Of a stretch of 64,000 bases of DNA, positions 37,263 to 48,329 are shown piece after piece. The DNA is from Octopus sinensis. Taxonomy: Eukaryota. Where the stretch lies: contig NC_043008.1 of the NCBI RefSeq assembly GCF_006345805.1, forward strand, positions 73,160,001-73,224,000, written 5' to 3'. How positions within the stretch are numbered: position 1 is the stretch's first letter; every line of letters starts with the position of its first letter. A model generated the notes under the pieces. It did not search any database and was not told the origin of the DNA. It was given only the letters and a program-made list of their open reading frames with translations. The position numbers and the translations under genes were made by a program.

Positions 37263-39426
37263 GGTTAAACTAAAGCGTTACATCATTCAAAGAAACAAAA
37301 AAAATGTGTGTAATAGGTGTAAAACAACTTCCTCTGAACGAATATGAAAAAAAAAATGCGCTCACGCGAAAGGGGAGTGAGGGAGAGGCCTCGGAAAATT
37401 CACATCGGGAATTTCCGAAAGCGTCTGAGGGGCTGACCCGGGCACCAAAACAAAAGAAAAATAGTGTAATATGTGTAAAACAACTTGCTCTAAACGAATA
37501 TGACAAAAAAAATGCGCACTCGCGAAAGGGGGGTAGGGGAGAGGCTTCGGAAATTTCACATCGGGAATTTCCGAAAGCGTCTGACCCGGGCACAAAAACA
37601 AAAATAAAAATAGCGTAATAGGTGTAAAACAACTTGCTCTAAACGAATATGATAAAAAAAATGCGCGCTCGCGAAAGGGGGATGTTTACAAGAACCAACT
37701 GTCCTTAGGGGTCTGGACTTGAATAGAACTTGGTACCAACAATCGTCTTGTAAACAACTGTTCTTAGACAAAAGACTGACCTTTCATTGACCAGTGTTTA
37801 TTCATCCCATCTTCTGGTGTGGAGGATTTCCCGCTCCTTGGTACCAACAAGTTCTTTTCATTTCAGTCGTAGATACACAAGTTGTATGATAGAGAATGGC
37901 ACTTTGCAATTCATGTGAATTAACATTACAGGATGGGATTTACTAATGACATTGAGGCATTAGATTTCTTTCGAAAACATAATATCATTCCCAGCACAGT
38001 TGACTGCCCTAGATGCAATTTACCGTGTACATTCCGCGAAAATACAAACATCTTCCGATGTGGAAGGACTGTTCGCCGTCGAAGGCAAAGGCCAACGCAA
38101 TGTGGATATTCTATATCCCTATACAGCATAACATTTTTGGAGCGGAGTCAGATACCACCCTGTAAAGTCCTGTTATTTGTAAATTACTTCCTTACAGACT
38201 GTTGGTCGCATGCATTAGTCATGGAAAATTTAAACATTTCGTATCCGACCTCAATTGATTGGCGATCCTTCTGCTCCGAGGTTTGTCAGCATTGGGTTGA
38301 AAATTACCAGGACCAAATCGGTGGACCAGGAGTTGAAGTAGAGATTGATGAAACAGTTATTGTAAGAAGAAAATACAATCGTGGAAGACTCACAAAAACT
38401 ATCTGGCTTTTCGGTGGGATAGAGCGAGTAGGCAAAAAAACAGTTTTGATACCTCTTTCATCTGAGTGTGGTGAAGAGGAAAGGCGAGATGCCGCTACAC
38501 TGATCCCCTTAATTACCCGATATATACGCCAAGGGTCCGTAGTATATAGCGATTCTTGGGCTGCGTATAACTCTCTTGGAAATCTCGGCTATACCCACTT
38601 CCGCATCAACCACAGTGAAAACTTTGTTGATCCGACAAACGCGTCGGTGCACACACAGACGATAGAGAGATTGTGGGGGTCAGTTAAGAGATCGGTTGTT
38701 CGCCCAGGCATTCGTGCCTGTTACTTAAAACAATACCTCGCCAAGTTCCTATTTATGGACAGCATTAAACCTGCTGCCAAGAGAATACACGTATTCTTAT
38801 TGGCAGCAGCAAGTCTTTATCCTGGTCCGAGATAATTTTTTCCTCCAACCCATCTCATTTCTTTATCATCACTGTTGATGGACCACTCAAAGAGGTATGT
38901 ATACATTATCATTTTCGTAACATAATTTCTGTAGTATTTCAAGATGTTTCTGACACGTATTTTGATTCACATGGCAGAGATCCAACATTTCTTCCCTTTT
39001 TCCAGAATTTCTTCTCTTTTTTTTTTTTTTTGCGAAATATGTACAAAAATACGGAGTTTATGATTTATGTGTGAGTGTGTGTTCTTGATACTCGTTTACA
39101 ACAAGTAGTTTTACACCAATTACACTATTTTTTCTTAGTTTAAAGGCCGTGGACTGAAGATGTGAAATTTCCGAAGCCTCTCCCCCATCCCCCTTTCGCG
39201 AGTGCGCATTTTTTTTGTCATATTCATTTAGAGCAAGTTGTTTTACACATATTACACTATTTTTCTTTTGTTTTGGTGCCCGGGTCAGCCCCTCAGACGC
39301 TTTCGGAAATTCCCGATGTGAATTTTCCGAGGCCTCTCCCTCACTCCCCTTTCGCGTGCTCGCATTTTTTTTTTCATATTCGTTGAGAGGAAGTTGTTTT
39401 GAATGGTGTAACGCTTTAGTTTAACC
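37263..39426 (+). mobile_element. Merlin DNA transposon, 2164 bp
   Basis: TIR GGTTAAACTAAAGCGTTACA(T/C)CATTCAAA at both ends (29 bp, 1 mismatch); 8-bp TSD TAGCCTCG (37255-37262) / TAGTCTCG (39427-39434); removing it restores a continuous SINE; ~150-bp subterminal repeats at 37321-37680, mirrored in inverted form at ~39159-39400. Confidence 0.93.
37933..38835 (+). CDS. Merlin (IS1595/ISXO2-like) DDE transposase, 300 aa, open frame
   Basis: Uninterrupted ORF with N-terminal CPRC...C motif and ISXO2-type catalytic motifs VEIDET, VYSDSWAAY and HTQTIERLW; lies between TIRs of a TSD-flanked element. Confidence 0.92.
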   Translation: MGFTNDIEALDFFRKHNIIPSTVDCPRCNLPCTFRENTNIFRCGRTVRRRRQRPTQCGYSISLYSITFLERSQIPPCKVLLFVNYFLTDCWSHALVMENLNISYPTSIDWRSFCSEVCQHWVENYQDQIGGPGVEVEIDETVIVRRKYNRGRLTKTIWLFGGIERVGKKTVLIPLSSECGEEERRDAATLIPLITRYIRQGSVVYSDSWAAYNSLGNLGYTHFRINHSENFVDPTNASVHTQTIERLWGSVKRSVVRPGIRACYLKQYLAKFLFMDSIKPAAKRIHVFLLAAASLYPGPR

Positions 39427-42400
39427 TAGTCTCGGGCTGACCAAAGCCTTGTGAGTGGATTTGGTAGACGGAAACTGAAAGAAGCCCGTCGTATATATGT
39501 ATATATATGCGTGTGTGTGTTTGTGCGTCTGTGTTTGTCCCCCTAGCATTGCTTGACAACCGATGCTGGTGTGTTTATATCCCCGTTACTTAGCGGTTCG
39601 GCAAAAGAGACCGATAGAATAAGTACTGGGCTTACAAAAGAATAAGTCCCGGGGTTGAGTTGCTAGATTAAAGGCGGTGCTCCAGCATGGCCGCAGTCAA
39701 ATGACTGAAACAAGTAAAAGAGTAAAAGAGATTGAAAAATTATCAAGTTTGTTTTCGAGTACAGTTCTAGTTTTATCTATTTGATCTTTACAATACACTA
39801 TGTCATGACTTTTACTCTGGAGGATGTTAAATAAGAAAAAAAGAAAAAATCTCACTGAATACTTCTAACAAAAATAAGAAATCAGGAGCTTTTAAAGTGT
39901 GTAAGAATCCAATTGCTGAATTTATGGTGGTATCATCCCATGCTTCAGGATTTTCAAGGATGTGCTCAAAAAGGCTGATTATGAAATTATAATTTTCCTT
40001 TGTGGTAATAATAAGCCGCGAGGAGTAATTCCATTGCTGTTGCTTTCGGAAATCTTTTTTTTAATAATGTTATCTAATGCATTAGCCCTTTTCGGTGTTG
40101 GTCTCCCACCATTTATAATTAATTATTTTCCATCAAATTCTCCTTTCGAAAAACTATTTTTCAAAATATCGTTTATAACACACATTTCACTCATTTCGTA
40201 AAAGGCTGTTCTTATATACGAACGAACACACGTGGAAGCGCCGGCGTAAATTGTAAGTCAATTTCAACAAAACAAAAAGATACAGAAAGTGGGTATCATG
40301 CGGTCAACTCATAGCATGACATGCCACTGAGAGAGAGAGGATGTGGGTACAAAATAGTATGAACGACTTTCCTCCTAGCTTCTGTTTTATCAATTCACTA
40401 AGAGAGAGAGAGGAAGGTGGGAGAAACTAAGAGACAGAGAGGGAGGTCATGCGGGTCTTCCCACAGCATGATGAGCCACTAAGAGAAAGAGGAAGGGGGT
40501 AAAAATATTTCAAATGCCCTATCCTCTTAGCATGTCTTTTAAACAAGTCACTAAGAGAGAGAGAGAGGAAGGAAGGACAAACTGAGACAGAGAGGAAGTG
40601 TCTGACATGCTGGTCTTGTCAATGCATGACTTCTAAAAGCAGAAGTAGAGTCACTGAGAGAGAAGGGGAGACAAAATACAACTGGACAGATTTTCTTTGA
40701 AACAAAGTAACTATTTTATCTAATTTTCCGATCATATGGAGAAAAAAATCACAGGGCATGCAACGCATACCTGAGAGTGCACGCCCCTGGTACTTCCATA
40801 TCCAATATATCTGGAGTCAGGTGCGTTTCATTTAGTGTTACACATATTGTCTTTTCTCACCATACGAGGTTGCTGTCTCTCTTCAAGGTCTCTAAGATAT
40901 GATACTTATGTTCAATTTGTAAAGTGTGAAAGACCTTGTACATTTGACATTATTATAGAGTTGAGTTTGTGGGTCAATGATAGCAATGGTGTGTGATTGT
41001 GCACTGAGGTAACAACAGTGGTTGGTGCTCTATTAGAGTTAGAAGTTTTTTTTTATTTCTTTTGCCAGATTCATCGTGGCTAAAAAAATTTTATTTAATT
41101 TTTTTGGTGGGGATGTTGTCTGGAGTTGGTATGGCTGTACTGTTGAATATGGTTATAGTTATATGGTTTGTGGCTGTTGATTTTACAGTAGATATCTGAG
41201 TGAATTCTGGATTTTGATGAAAGTCTGGACCAACACTGCCACTGTAAAGAATGTTTCTACTGTGAATTTGGTATTGGTTTGGTGTCATGCTTTTATTAGT
41301 GCATCGAGTCTCTGAAAGATGAGTGAAGGGACAGCCACATATCAGATCAAATCTTTTGTGTTGGGAATAGCAACAGATTTTAGGATTCTGGGTTACATGT
41401 TTGGTAGTTATTAAGTGTGATTTAGCATTTAGTAGTGATGGTGGTGGTATTAGTAAGATGTGTGGTTTGGTGTTGGCTGGTATTGCTTGTACGAAGTGTG
41501 CATCTTGTCCCAGGAAATGGGAGAAGCTACCATCACTGCATATGCATAGTCTCTCATGTTGAGAATAGTGGAATATTTTGGGGTTTTGTGTGTTCATGAT
41601 TTTACTTTATTTATAGTTGGAAAATTTATCATGGAGCTGTCAGATATACATTCAGATTGAAGTGAATAGTGGGAGGTTGGGGAAGAAAGGAGTGGTTCTT
41701 CTCTAACTGGGGTGGTAGTAATAGTAGATGACAATGGTGATGATGGATCTCTTGTTTTTTTCTGAGAAGAATTTATGTGGCCTGACTGTGGAGAAGGGCT
41801 TAAGATTGTGTTGTTTAATAGGTCATCAATTGTTCTAGTGTTGAAGAGTGACTGCCAAAGCACATCATGTTGTTTTTGCTATTGTCTAGTTGTGGTAAGG
41901 GTAATAGCAGTAGAACATAATGACAAACATGATGGTGGGTCATTTGTGATATTTTGAGGAAATGAGAAAGTGGATAGCTACACATGGAAGGGCTCTTGAT
42001 TGTGGAGTTTAATATTTCTTCAATTGTGTTAGTATTGAGGAATGGCCATAGTTTTTGTTGTTTTGTCGTTCTTATATTGTTTTTACACACACACACATGC
42101 AATTTAATTCAATTTTTTAATGTTGAGGATGCTTTAGCTCAATAATCTTTCTTGGGATTTGGCAGGATTTTCCTTTTATTTATTTTCATTCTGTTCTTTT
42201 TCTTTTTCTAAGCCTGGGAAAGGTCAGTAGGCTGTGCACTAGTGAATTTTGCGACCTCACAAAATTTTAGGGAATACAAGTGCATCCCCTGTTCCTGGGC
42301 CCTTGTATGCACAGTGCATAGATGTATGTGAGAATGTTATTTTGGTGGCATTTGTTTGTGGTATTACAGAACTGCTGTTGGTATGTGCATGCAATTATCA

Positions 42401-43540
42401 GGTGGGCAGCATGAAAGCATGTGAGGATATGAGTGTATGTATGTGTAACTGCAGGAAATGGTGTAATCATATATGTGTGTGCATTGTCTTTAAGATGTAG
42501 AATCTGCCAGGGCATTGGTTCTAGGCTTTGAGACCCTAGTTAATATTTGACACATTCCTTAAAATAATATAGAATTCATTATATTACAAAACTCTTCATG
42601 TATTTTCTCAACTTAACTGGAACCAGTCTATTTTTCCTTTGACAAAAAATGGATTATTTCATTCTGTAAAAATTGAGTGACAATGCTTAAGGTTGTCTGA
42701 TTTTAGGCATTGTGTTCATTTTCATCTGTGTAAAGCTATAATAAAGGAACCCAACAGGCAGATTCATTAGCATATTGGATAGAATGTATTGGAAAATTTA
42801 TTTTGAAATTCTGCACTCTGAATTCAAATACCACTGAGGTCAGCTTTGCCATTCATTGATTTGGAGTTAATTAAAAAGAAGCAACAGTCCAGGGGGCCAA
42901 TGGTAGAATTGTTAGAAATTAGAATGGAATGCATTGCAGTATCCGTTCTGGCCTTGTGCAATCTGAGTTCAAATTACACCCCTTCTGAGAAAATTAGCGA
43001 CTCTTTTGTCAGGAGTTGCAACCAACAAGTAATATCAGTTATTTGGGAATACAATGGAGTCGTAGTTTCCGAGGTTCAATCCAAAGACTTACTGCCACAA
43101 CCACTGCAAGTGAAAATGCTCTGCATTGTAAATCCAGAGCAGTTGAAATACAAATTTCCAAAAACTTCACATAGAAAACATCCTCCAGAAAACTATAACT
43201 TAGATTTCCTGTTTAAATCTAATTGTTTATTTTTATTTCACTTCAATGTATAAAATAAAAATGCTAATAAAAATCAAAACAGCCAGAATTATTCAGCAAA
43301 GCAATTGAATTTATTTGTGTGTGTGTGTTTGTGCATGTGTGTATGATTGTGCGTGTGTGCATAATTGGTGCACTTAAGTTTTTTTTTTATCAGATGTAAT
43401 AACTACAATTTCAAGATTCCTTATTATACTATTATCTTTATTGAAATTCCCTAATTGAAAACCTTATATCCACAAATTTGAGAGCTGCTCCCTACTTTTA
43501 AGTATAGCTGAAAGCAGTGTAGTAAAATTTATTCTGGTGG

Positions 43541-43593
<53 letters not shown>

Positions 43594-43597
<4 letters not shown>

Positions 43598-44102
43598 GAG
43601 ATGATGAATTATGTACATTATTTACATTTGACGGATATTTGTCCTCATCTTGTTTGTTGTAAACACAATGTTTCGGTTGATATACCCTCCAGCTTTCATC
43701 AGGTGACTTGGGGAAATTTCGAACCCGGGTTCTCATTTCTAAGGTATTTTTTGATGTTATTGTTATTTTTGTTATTATCATTATTATTATTATTCAGGTC
43801 ACTGCCTTGAATCGAACTCGGAATCTTGGGGTTAGTAGCATGCACTCTTAACCACTACGCCATGGTTAAAAGCGCGAGCAACTAACCCCAATTTTCCGAG
43901 TTTGATTCCAAGCGGTGACCTGAATAATAATAACAAGAATTATCATAAGAAGAAGAAGAATGATAACATCGAAAAATACCTTACGAATGAGAACCCAGGT
44001 TTGAAATTTCCCCAAGACACCTGATGAAAGCAGGTGGGTATATCAACCGAAATGTTAACAAACAAGATGAGGACAAATATCCATCAATTGTAAATAACGT
44101 AA

Positions 44103-44106
<4 letters not shown>
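43594..44106. mobile_element. Head-to-head pair of tRNA-headed, hammerhead-bearing SINE-like elements (HHR family 2)
   Basis: Minus copy 43594-43863 has A box TGGCGTAGTGG, B box GTTCGATTC, an (AAT)n linker, an HHR at 43663-43706 and a 3' tail. Plus copy 43863-44106 has the same layout, truncated by ~8 nt at the 5' end, with HHR at 44017-44056. Confidence 0.75.
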
Positions 44107-44133
<27 letters not shown>

Positions 44134-44365
44134 ATGTATATATATATAGATAGATACACATATATGTTTGTCTCCCATGAACACTTCTAAAGGCTTGACA
44201 CCATCCCCACCCCTACTATGTAATGTACTGATCATATAGTGCAAAAATATATTTTAGTGTATGCAGGTTGAACTTAAGGCTATTGTTTGTTTATGAATTC
44301 TGCCAAATGCAAGCTCTCTTTTCAGGTACATGATGCTATTGTCCCCCATCCCAGGGTCTCAAGGG

Positions 44366-45093
44366 CCCCTCAACGTCGGTACACTGAAAGGTAGGTCTGG
44401 TGAGATTGTTGAGATTCTTGAACTGAAATGTGTCGATATGTGCTGCATCCAAGAAGTAAGGTGGAGAGGATGTTCCGCTAGGTTCCTTACAGGCAAAGAA
44501 CACAGGTACAAGATTTTCTGGGCAGGGAACACTGACAAGGTCAGGGGCATGGGTATACTTCTTGCAAAGAAATGGGTAGATAAGATAATTGAGGTAGTCA
44601 GAGTATGCGACAGAATACTTAAGATTAGATTAGTACTTCATCATGGGTTAGCAACCATTATCTCAGCCATGGACAGAAAGACCAATTCTATGACACCCTC
44701 TTGCAGACTACTGCATTAACGAATGACAGGGACCTTCTCTTTGTTGCTGGTGACTTCAATGGACATGTTAGACAACAGGTGGGGGCTTCCATGGCGTACA
44801 TGGAGGCTATGGTTTTGGTTCTCGCAATGAGGAGGGAACTAGGCTGCTGGAGTTCTGCGATGCAAATGATCTTATGGTTTGCAATACTAACTTCAGAAAA
44901 CCTGCCAGTCACCTAGTCACCTACTGTTCTGGCAGACACATTAGCCAAATTGACTACATCCTCACCAGAAAAAGAGAAAGATGGCTGCTTATAAATGCCA
45001 AAACCTTCCCAGGTGAAGAATGTACCCACAACATATTCTGGTAGTTAGTGACTGCAGGATCAGGGCTAAGTGGATGCCCAGAAGATGAACCAG
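44366..45093 (+). mobile_element. RTE-clade LINE apurinic endonuclease fragment
   Basis: LNVGTLKGRSGEIVE...CCIQEVRWRG, FVAGDFNGHV and SQIDYIL motifs, with frameshifts. Confidence 0.85.
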
Positions 45094-45094
45094 C

Positions 45095-45400
45095 AGTGCT
45101 GGAGAGTTGTGCTTTGATATGTGAAGTGCCTCCTTCAGGCAAAGTGTGCATGTTGAGCATTGACCTCGGTAGGGAAACCTAGAGTCCAGTATGGACCATT
45201 ATAGAGTATAGGGTATATTTGTATTTTTGAGATGATGTATGTGGTTGGCGAGTGTTGTAGATTTACTATGTTTATTGTATCTAAAAGAACGGAGGTGAGT
45301 GGCATATTGTTGCTTAAAATTTTTGGTCGATCCAATTTATATGGCTTTAGAGTTGTGTAATAGATTAAGAACTATGCATCACTATATGTGTCACTCCTTT
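45095..45400 (-). pseudogene. Penelope-like element GIY-YIG endonuclease remnant
   Basis: A single frame reads AI*IGSTKNFKQQYATHLRSFRYNKHSKSTTLANHIHHLKN...*WSIL...CSTCTLCLKEALHI, with two stops; this is the typical PLE endonuclease C-terminus. Confidence 0.75.
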
Positions 45401-45639
45401 TCCTTTTATTCCTTCTATCTTCTTACACTTTAATACCTTTTTCTCTCAATCACCCTCTATCTCCCCTCTCCTACTTTCAAATTATCTTTGTTATTTTCAT
45501 TTTTCTTTCTTTCCTTTATTCCTCTCTTCCTGTTTTTTTTATTTTTTATTATATTATTTTTCTTCTTATTCCCTCTTTTTTCTCTTTTTCTCTTTCTCCA
45601 TTCCTCTCTTTCTGTTTTTGATTTGACCCTACTAATACA

Positions 45640-46010
45640 CTCCCTATCTTTAGGTCACTTTAATCACAACCCTGGATTCAATAACATTGTGTATAAACTT
45701 TATTCTTGGAATGAACAATTTAAAATTCTATTGGATTTTACTCATAAGGTATTGGAATATTATATATATACCATTCTGCCTAAAAAAATGGATCTCCAAA
45801 TGCAATATCCCAACATATCTCACATCTATTTTATTTTATTTCCTCCACCTCACTCTCTATTTTATATCTTATTTAAATTAACTATTTCTTAACCATCCTC
45901 TCACACCATCTCTGATGAAGGGATATAGTAAATATCCTAGAAACAGCTGTAAGACCTATCTATAAATGTTCTAAAATCTACACAGCCTTGGATTTTTTTT
46001 ATCTCATTAC
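45640..46010 (+). mobile_element. Penelope-type terminal repeat with hammerhead motif (HHR family 3)
   Basis: Shares TTTCCTCCACCT(C/T)ACTCTCTATTT and the CACACCATCT-CTGATGA...TTATCTCATTA 3' end with the 15.0-15.3 kb copies; lies in inverted orientation upstream of the GIY-YIG remnant. Confidence 0.6.
45907..45955 (+). ncRNA. Minimal type I hammerhead ribozyme motif, core intact
   Basis: TCT-CTGATGA-A-GGGATAT[AGTAA]ATATCCT-A-GAAAC[AGCT]GTA|AGA; palindromic helix III ACAGCTGT; helix I only 3 bp; one extra nucleotide on each side of helix II. Confidence 0.6.
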
Positions 46011-46569
46011 AAAATAAAATTTTCATATATATATACACACATACGTGCAAGCAAGCAGTTGATGCAAAACAAGATGGAGAAAAATGGAACTGAAATACTA
46101 AAGGTAACGTAAAACATAGCGTTTTATTGAGACTGATAAAGCTCACACTCTGTTTCTCAAAGTTTCACATAACCAACCATCAAATAGCTGTGAAATCACA
46201 CCTGTTTGATGCTTGGTTTATGTGAAGTTGTTTTTTCAACTTCCATCTGACACAACATATATAAATACACATGAACACACACATGCACTACTTTCTTTTT
46301 TATCTCGTTTTTATGTTTTTATTATTTTTGTACCATATATACATATAAAATTTAGTTGTTGGTTAAGATAAGTCAGAAAGCTACCTAAAATTTCCCATTT
46401 ATTGTGCTCTTAGCAATATAGATGACATATTAAATCTGTTGGCTGGAGGCACAGACTTATGCACAACTGACCTATTCTTCATGCCCCAGGGTCATAGAGT
46501 GTATTGTAACAGGCCACCGCATGGTTTGTGTTCTATAGCTACCCTTCTAATTGATTAAATGTACAGGAT

Positions 46570-46812
46570 AAAGACCCACTTCAGTCACGAATGACCATGG
46601 GATTGTACCTAGAACATACATGCATAACAGCCTCTCCTCTACACACCACTGAGGTTATCCAAGGTAAAAGCAAAAGCTGATACAACTTGTCACCAGTCAA
46701 CTGGAGCAATGTGAAATAAAGTGTCTTGCTCAAGACTACAACACATAGCCCAGTGCAGGAATTGAACTCACTACCTCATTATTTTGAGGCTGATGCTCTA
46801 ACCACTAAGCCT
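46570..46812 (-). mobile_element. SINE family D
   Basis: Minus strand GGCTTAGTGGTTAGAGC...GAGTTCAATTCC head (A and B boxes), divergent from the adjacent family A SINE. Confidence 0.72.
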
Positions 46813-46836
46813 TCACATTGAGTGCATATACATAGT

Positions 46837-47232
46837 GCAGCAGTGGCTGTGTGGTAAGTAGCTTGTTTACCAACCACATGGTTCAGGGTTAAGTCCCACT
46901 GCATGGCACCTTGGGCAAGTGTCTTCTACTATAGCCTCGGGCCGACCAAAGCCTTGTGAGTGGATTTGGTAGACGGAAACTGAAAGAAGCCTGTCGTATA
47001 TATGTATATATATATATGTGTGTGTATGTGTTTGTCCCCCTAGCATTGCTTGACAACCGATGCTGGTGTGTTTATGTCCCCGTTACTTAGCAGTTCGGCA
47101 AAAGAAACCGATAGAATAAGTACTGGGCTTACAAAAAAATAAGTACCGGGGTCGAGTTGCTCAATTAAAGGCGGTGCTCCAGCATGGCCGCAGTCAAATG
47201 ACTGAAACAAGTAAAAGAGAAAAGAGAGAGAG
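46837..47232 (+). mobile_element. SINE family A (tRNA head, CORE-like segment, internal TA/TG repeat, (GAGTAAAA)-type tail), full length
   Basis: GGCTGTGTGGTAAG...GGGTTAAGTCCC head; CACCTTGGGCAAGTGTCTTCT segment resembling the CORE domain; many homologous copies in this window. Confidence 0.85.
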
Positions 47233-47564
47233 TCTCGAAAAATACTCTCCTTAGGGATTTAGAACTATATGATCTTGGTTGCTCAACAAAAAATATATCC
47301 ATAACATCAAATGAATGCTACATGAGAATACTGCTTGAAAAGATCATTGACCTCTGATGGCAGATGAGATGGAAGGCAAACTACAATGACAGAGCTACAT
47401 AATGCATGGAGGTCAACACTTACAACATCAGATCCAGAAGGTACTCACTGAAGATCAAAGAGCTTGAGGGCACTAAAGCAGTTGTAAAGAACACGGGTGA
47501 ATATATTATTGATTAATTAGTTAATTAAATTTTTAAAAATGGTGGGAATTTAGTTGCCAAGCTA

Positions 47565-48210
47565 ATATATACTGGACACCTTAATGAAGAGGTTCCCATC
47601 AATCCTTTTCAAGCTATACAGAGATGACATTTTAGCCATATCTACAGATGCAAATGAGCATACTCTAGATAGTCTGAGAAAGGACCTAATTTACACACTT
47701 ACCTACCTTGGTCTTAAGATTACTGTTGAGACTAAATTTACTATAGTTAATTTTTGGGATGTTATGCTCAATTTGGGTACCTGACTATATAGGCCCTATT
47801 GCATATCAAATGAAAGGCTCTCATATATTAACACAGCCTTCTCCCACCTACCTGGTGAAAGGTGTCAGTAAAAAAGAATTCAATCCTGTACTCAAATAAA
47901 GAGATTCTTGACACAGTGGCCCCTTATAATGCAGCTTTGGTAGCCAGCAGGATTAAGGAGCGTATCTCCTTTATGCTATGACCTAACATCCACAAAATAA
48001 AGTGCCACCATAAAGTCACTTGGTTTTCGCCATCTTTCTCACTTAATAGCAAGACCTGTGTGAAAAGGATCTTACCTAGTTTAGTGGACAAGCATTTCAA
48101 ACAAGGCCATAGGCAGGGATGCTTATGTAATAAAAGATCTCATTCTTAAAGGTCTCATTCAGTTGTGTGCCAAGTGTTAAAAGGATTTTAGGGAATGCAC
48201 CCTAAACCCT
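47565..48210 (+). pseudogene. Penelope-like element reverse transcriptase remnant
   Basis: LYRDDILAI...LRKDLI...LGLKITVETKFTIVNFWDVMLNL, later KVTWFSPSFSLNSKT and LKVSFSCVPSVKRI, in broken frames. Confidence 0.78.
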
Positions 48211-48329
48211 GCACTAAGGCAGGAAACCCATATAGGTTTATATATGAATTAAGAACATGAATGGGTCAAATGCAAACACAATACCTAGAACCTTCTCTAT
48301 GTTGGATCTGGATCTTACAGTGGATTGTG

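Larger units (their letters stand above)
37208..39730 (+). mobile_element. SINE family A copy split by the Merlin (37208-37262 and 39427-39730)
   Basis: The two halves join into the consensus ...CTACTATAGCCTCGGGC(C/T)GACCAAAGCC... Confidence 0.88.
36585..40789 (-). mobile_element. Internally deleted hAT transposon (ZMYM1-like transposase remnants) hosting a MITE, a SINE and the Merlin
   Basis: TIR CAGTGGCGTGC / GCACGCCCCTG (10/11 match); perfect 8-bp TSD GTACTTCC at 36577-36584 and 40790-40797; minus-strand remnants WNYSSRLIITTKENYNFIISLFEHILENP...SAIGFL...LQSKSHDIVYCKDQI (~39731-40070) and YKMLYNKIISTIVDQIKARYSSL (~36990-37205); imperfect subterminal repeats ~40300-40660. Confidence 0.88.
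34790..42500 (-). mobile_element. Degenerate CR1/L2-clade LINE (ORF1 with Cys/His repeats, APE, RT), interrupted by the hAT nest
   Basis: RT remnants NSASGLDGVPAIQLKTCK...KNYRYVSLMSH and SGMPQG (~34800-35480). The APE frame LNETHLTPDILDMEVHMSGYALLRT is restored exactly when the hAT and one TSD copy are removed. CCCH-like ORF1 remnants at ~41100-42500. Boundaries approximate. Confidence 0.7.

Noticed and set aside
37321-37680. Regularly spaced repeats as a CRISPR array
   Set aside because: The whole ~150-bp unit repeats with no unique spacers; these are Merlin subterminal repeats in eukaryotic DNA.
41091-41597. 168-aa ORF as a host gene
   Set aside because: Lies upstream of the CR1-like endonuclease on the same strand and fits a decayed LINE ORF1.
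43797-43863. tRNA-like sequence as a real tRNA gene
   Set aside because: No complete acceptor stem or T-terminator, and it continues into a repeat body; the same holds for the heads of SINE families A, B and D.
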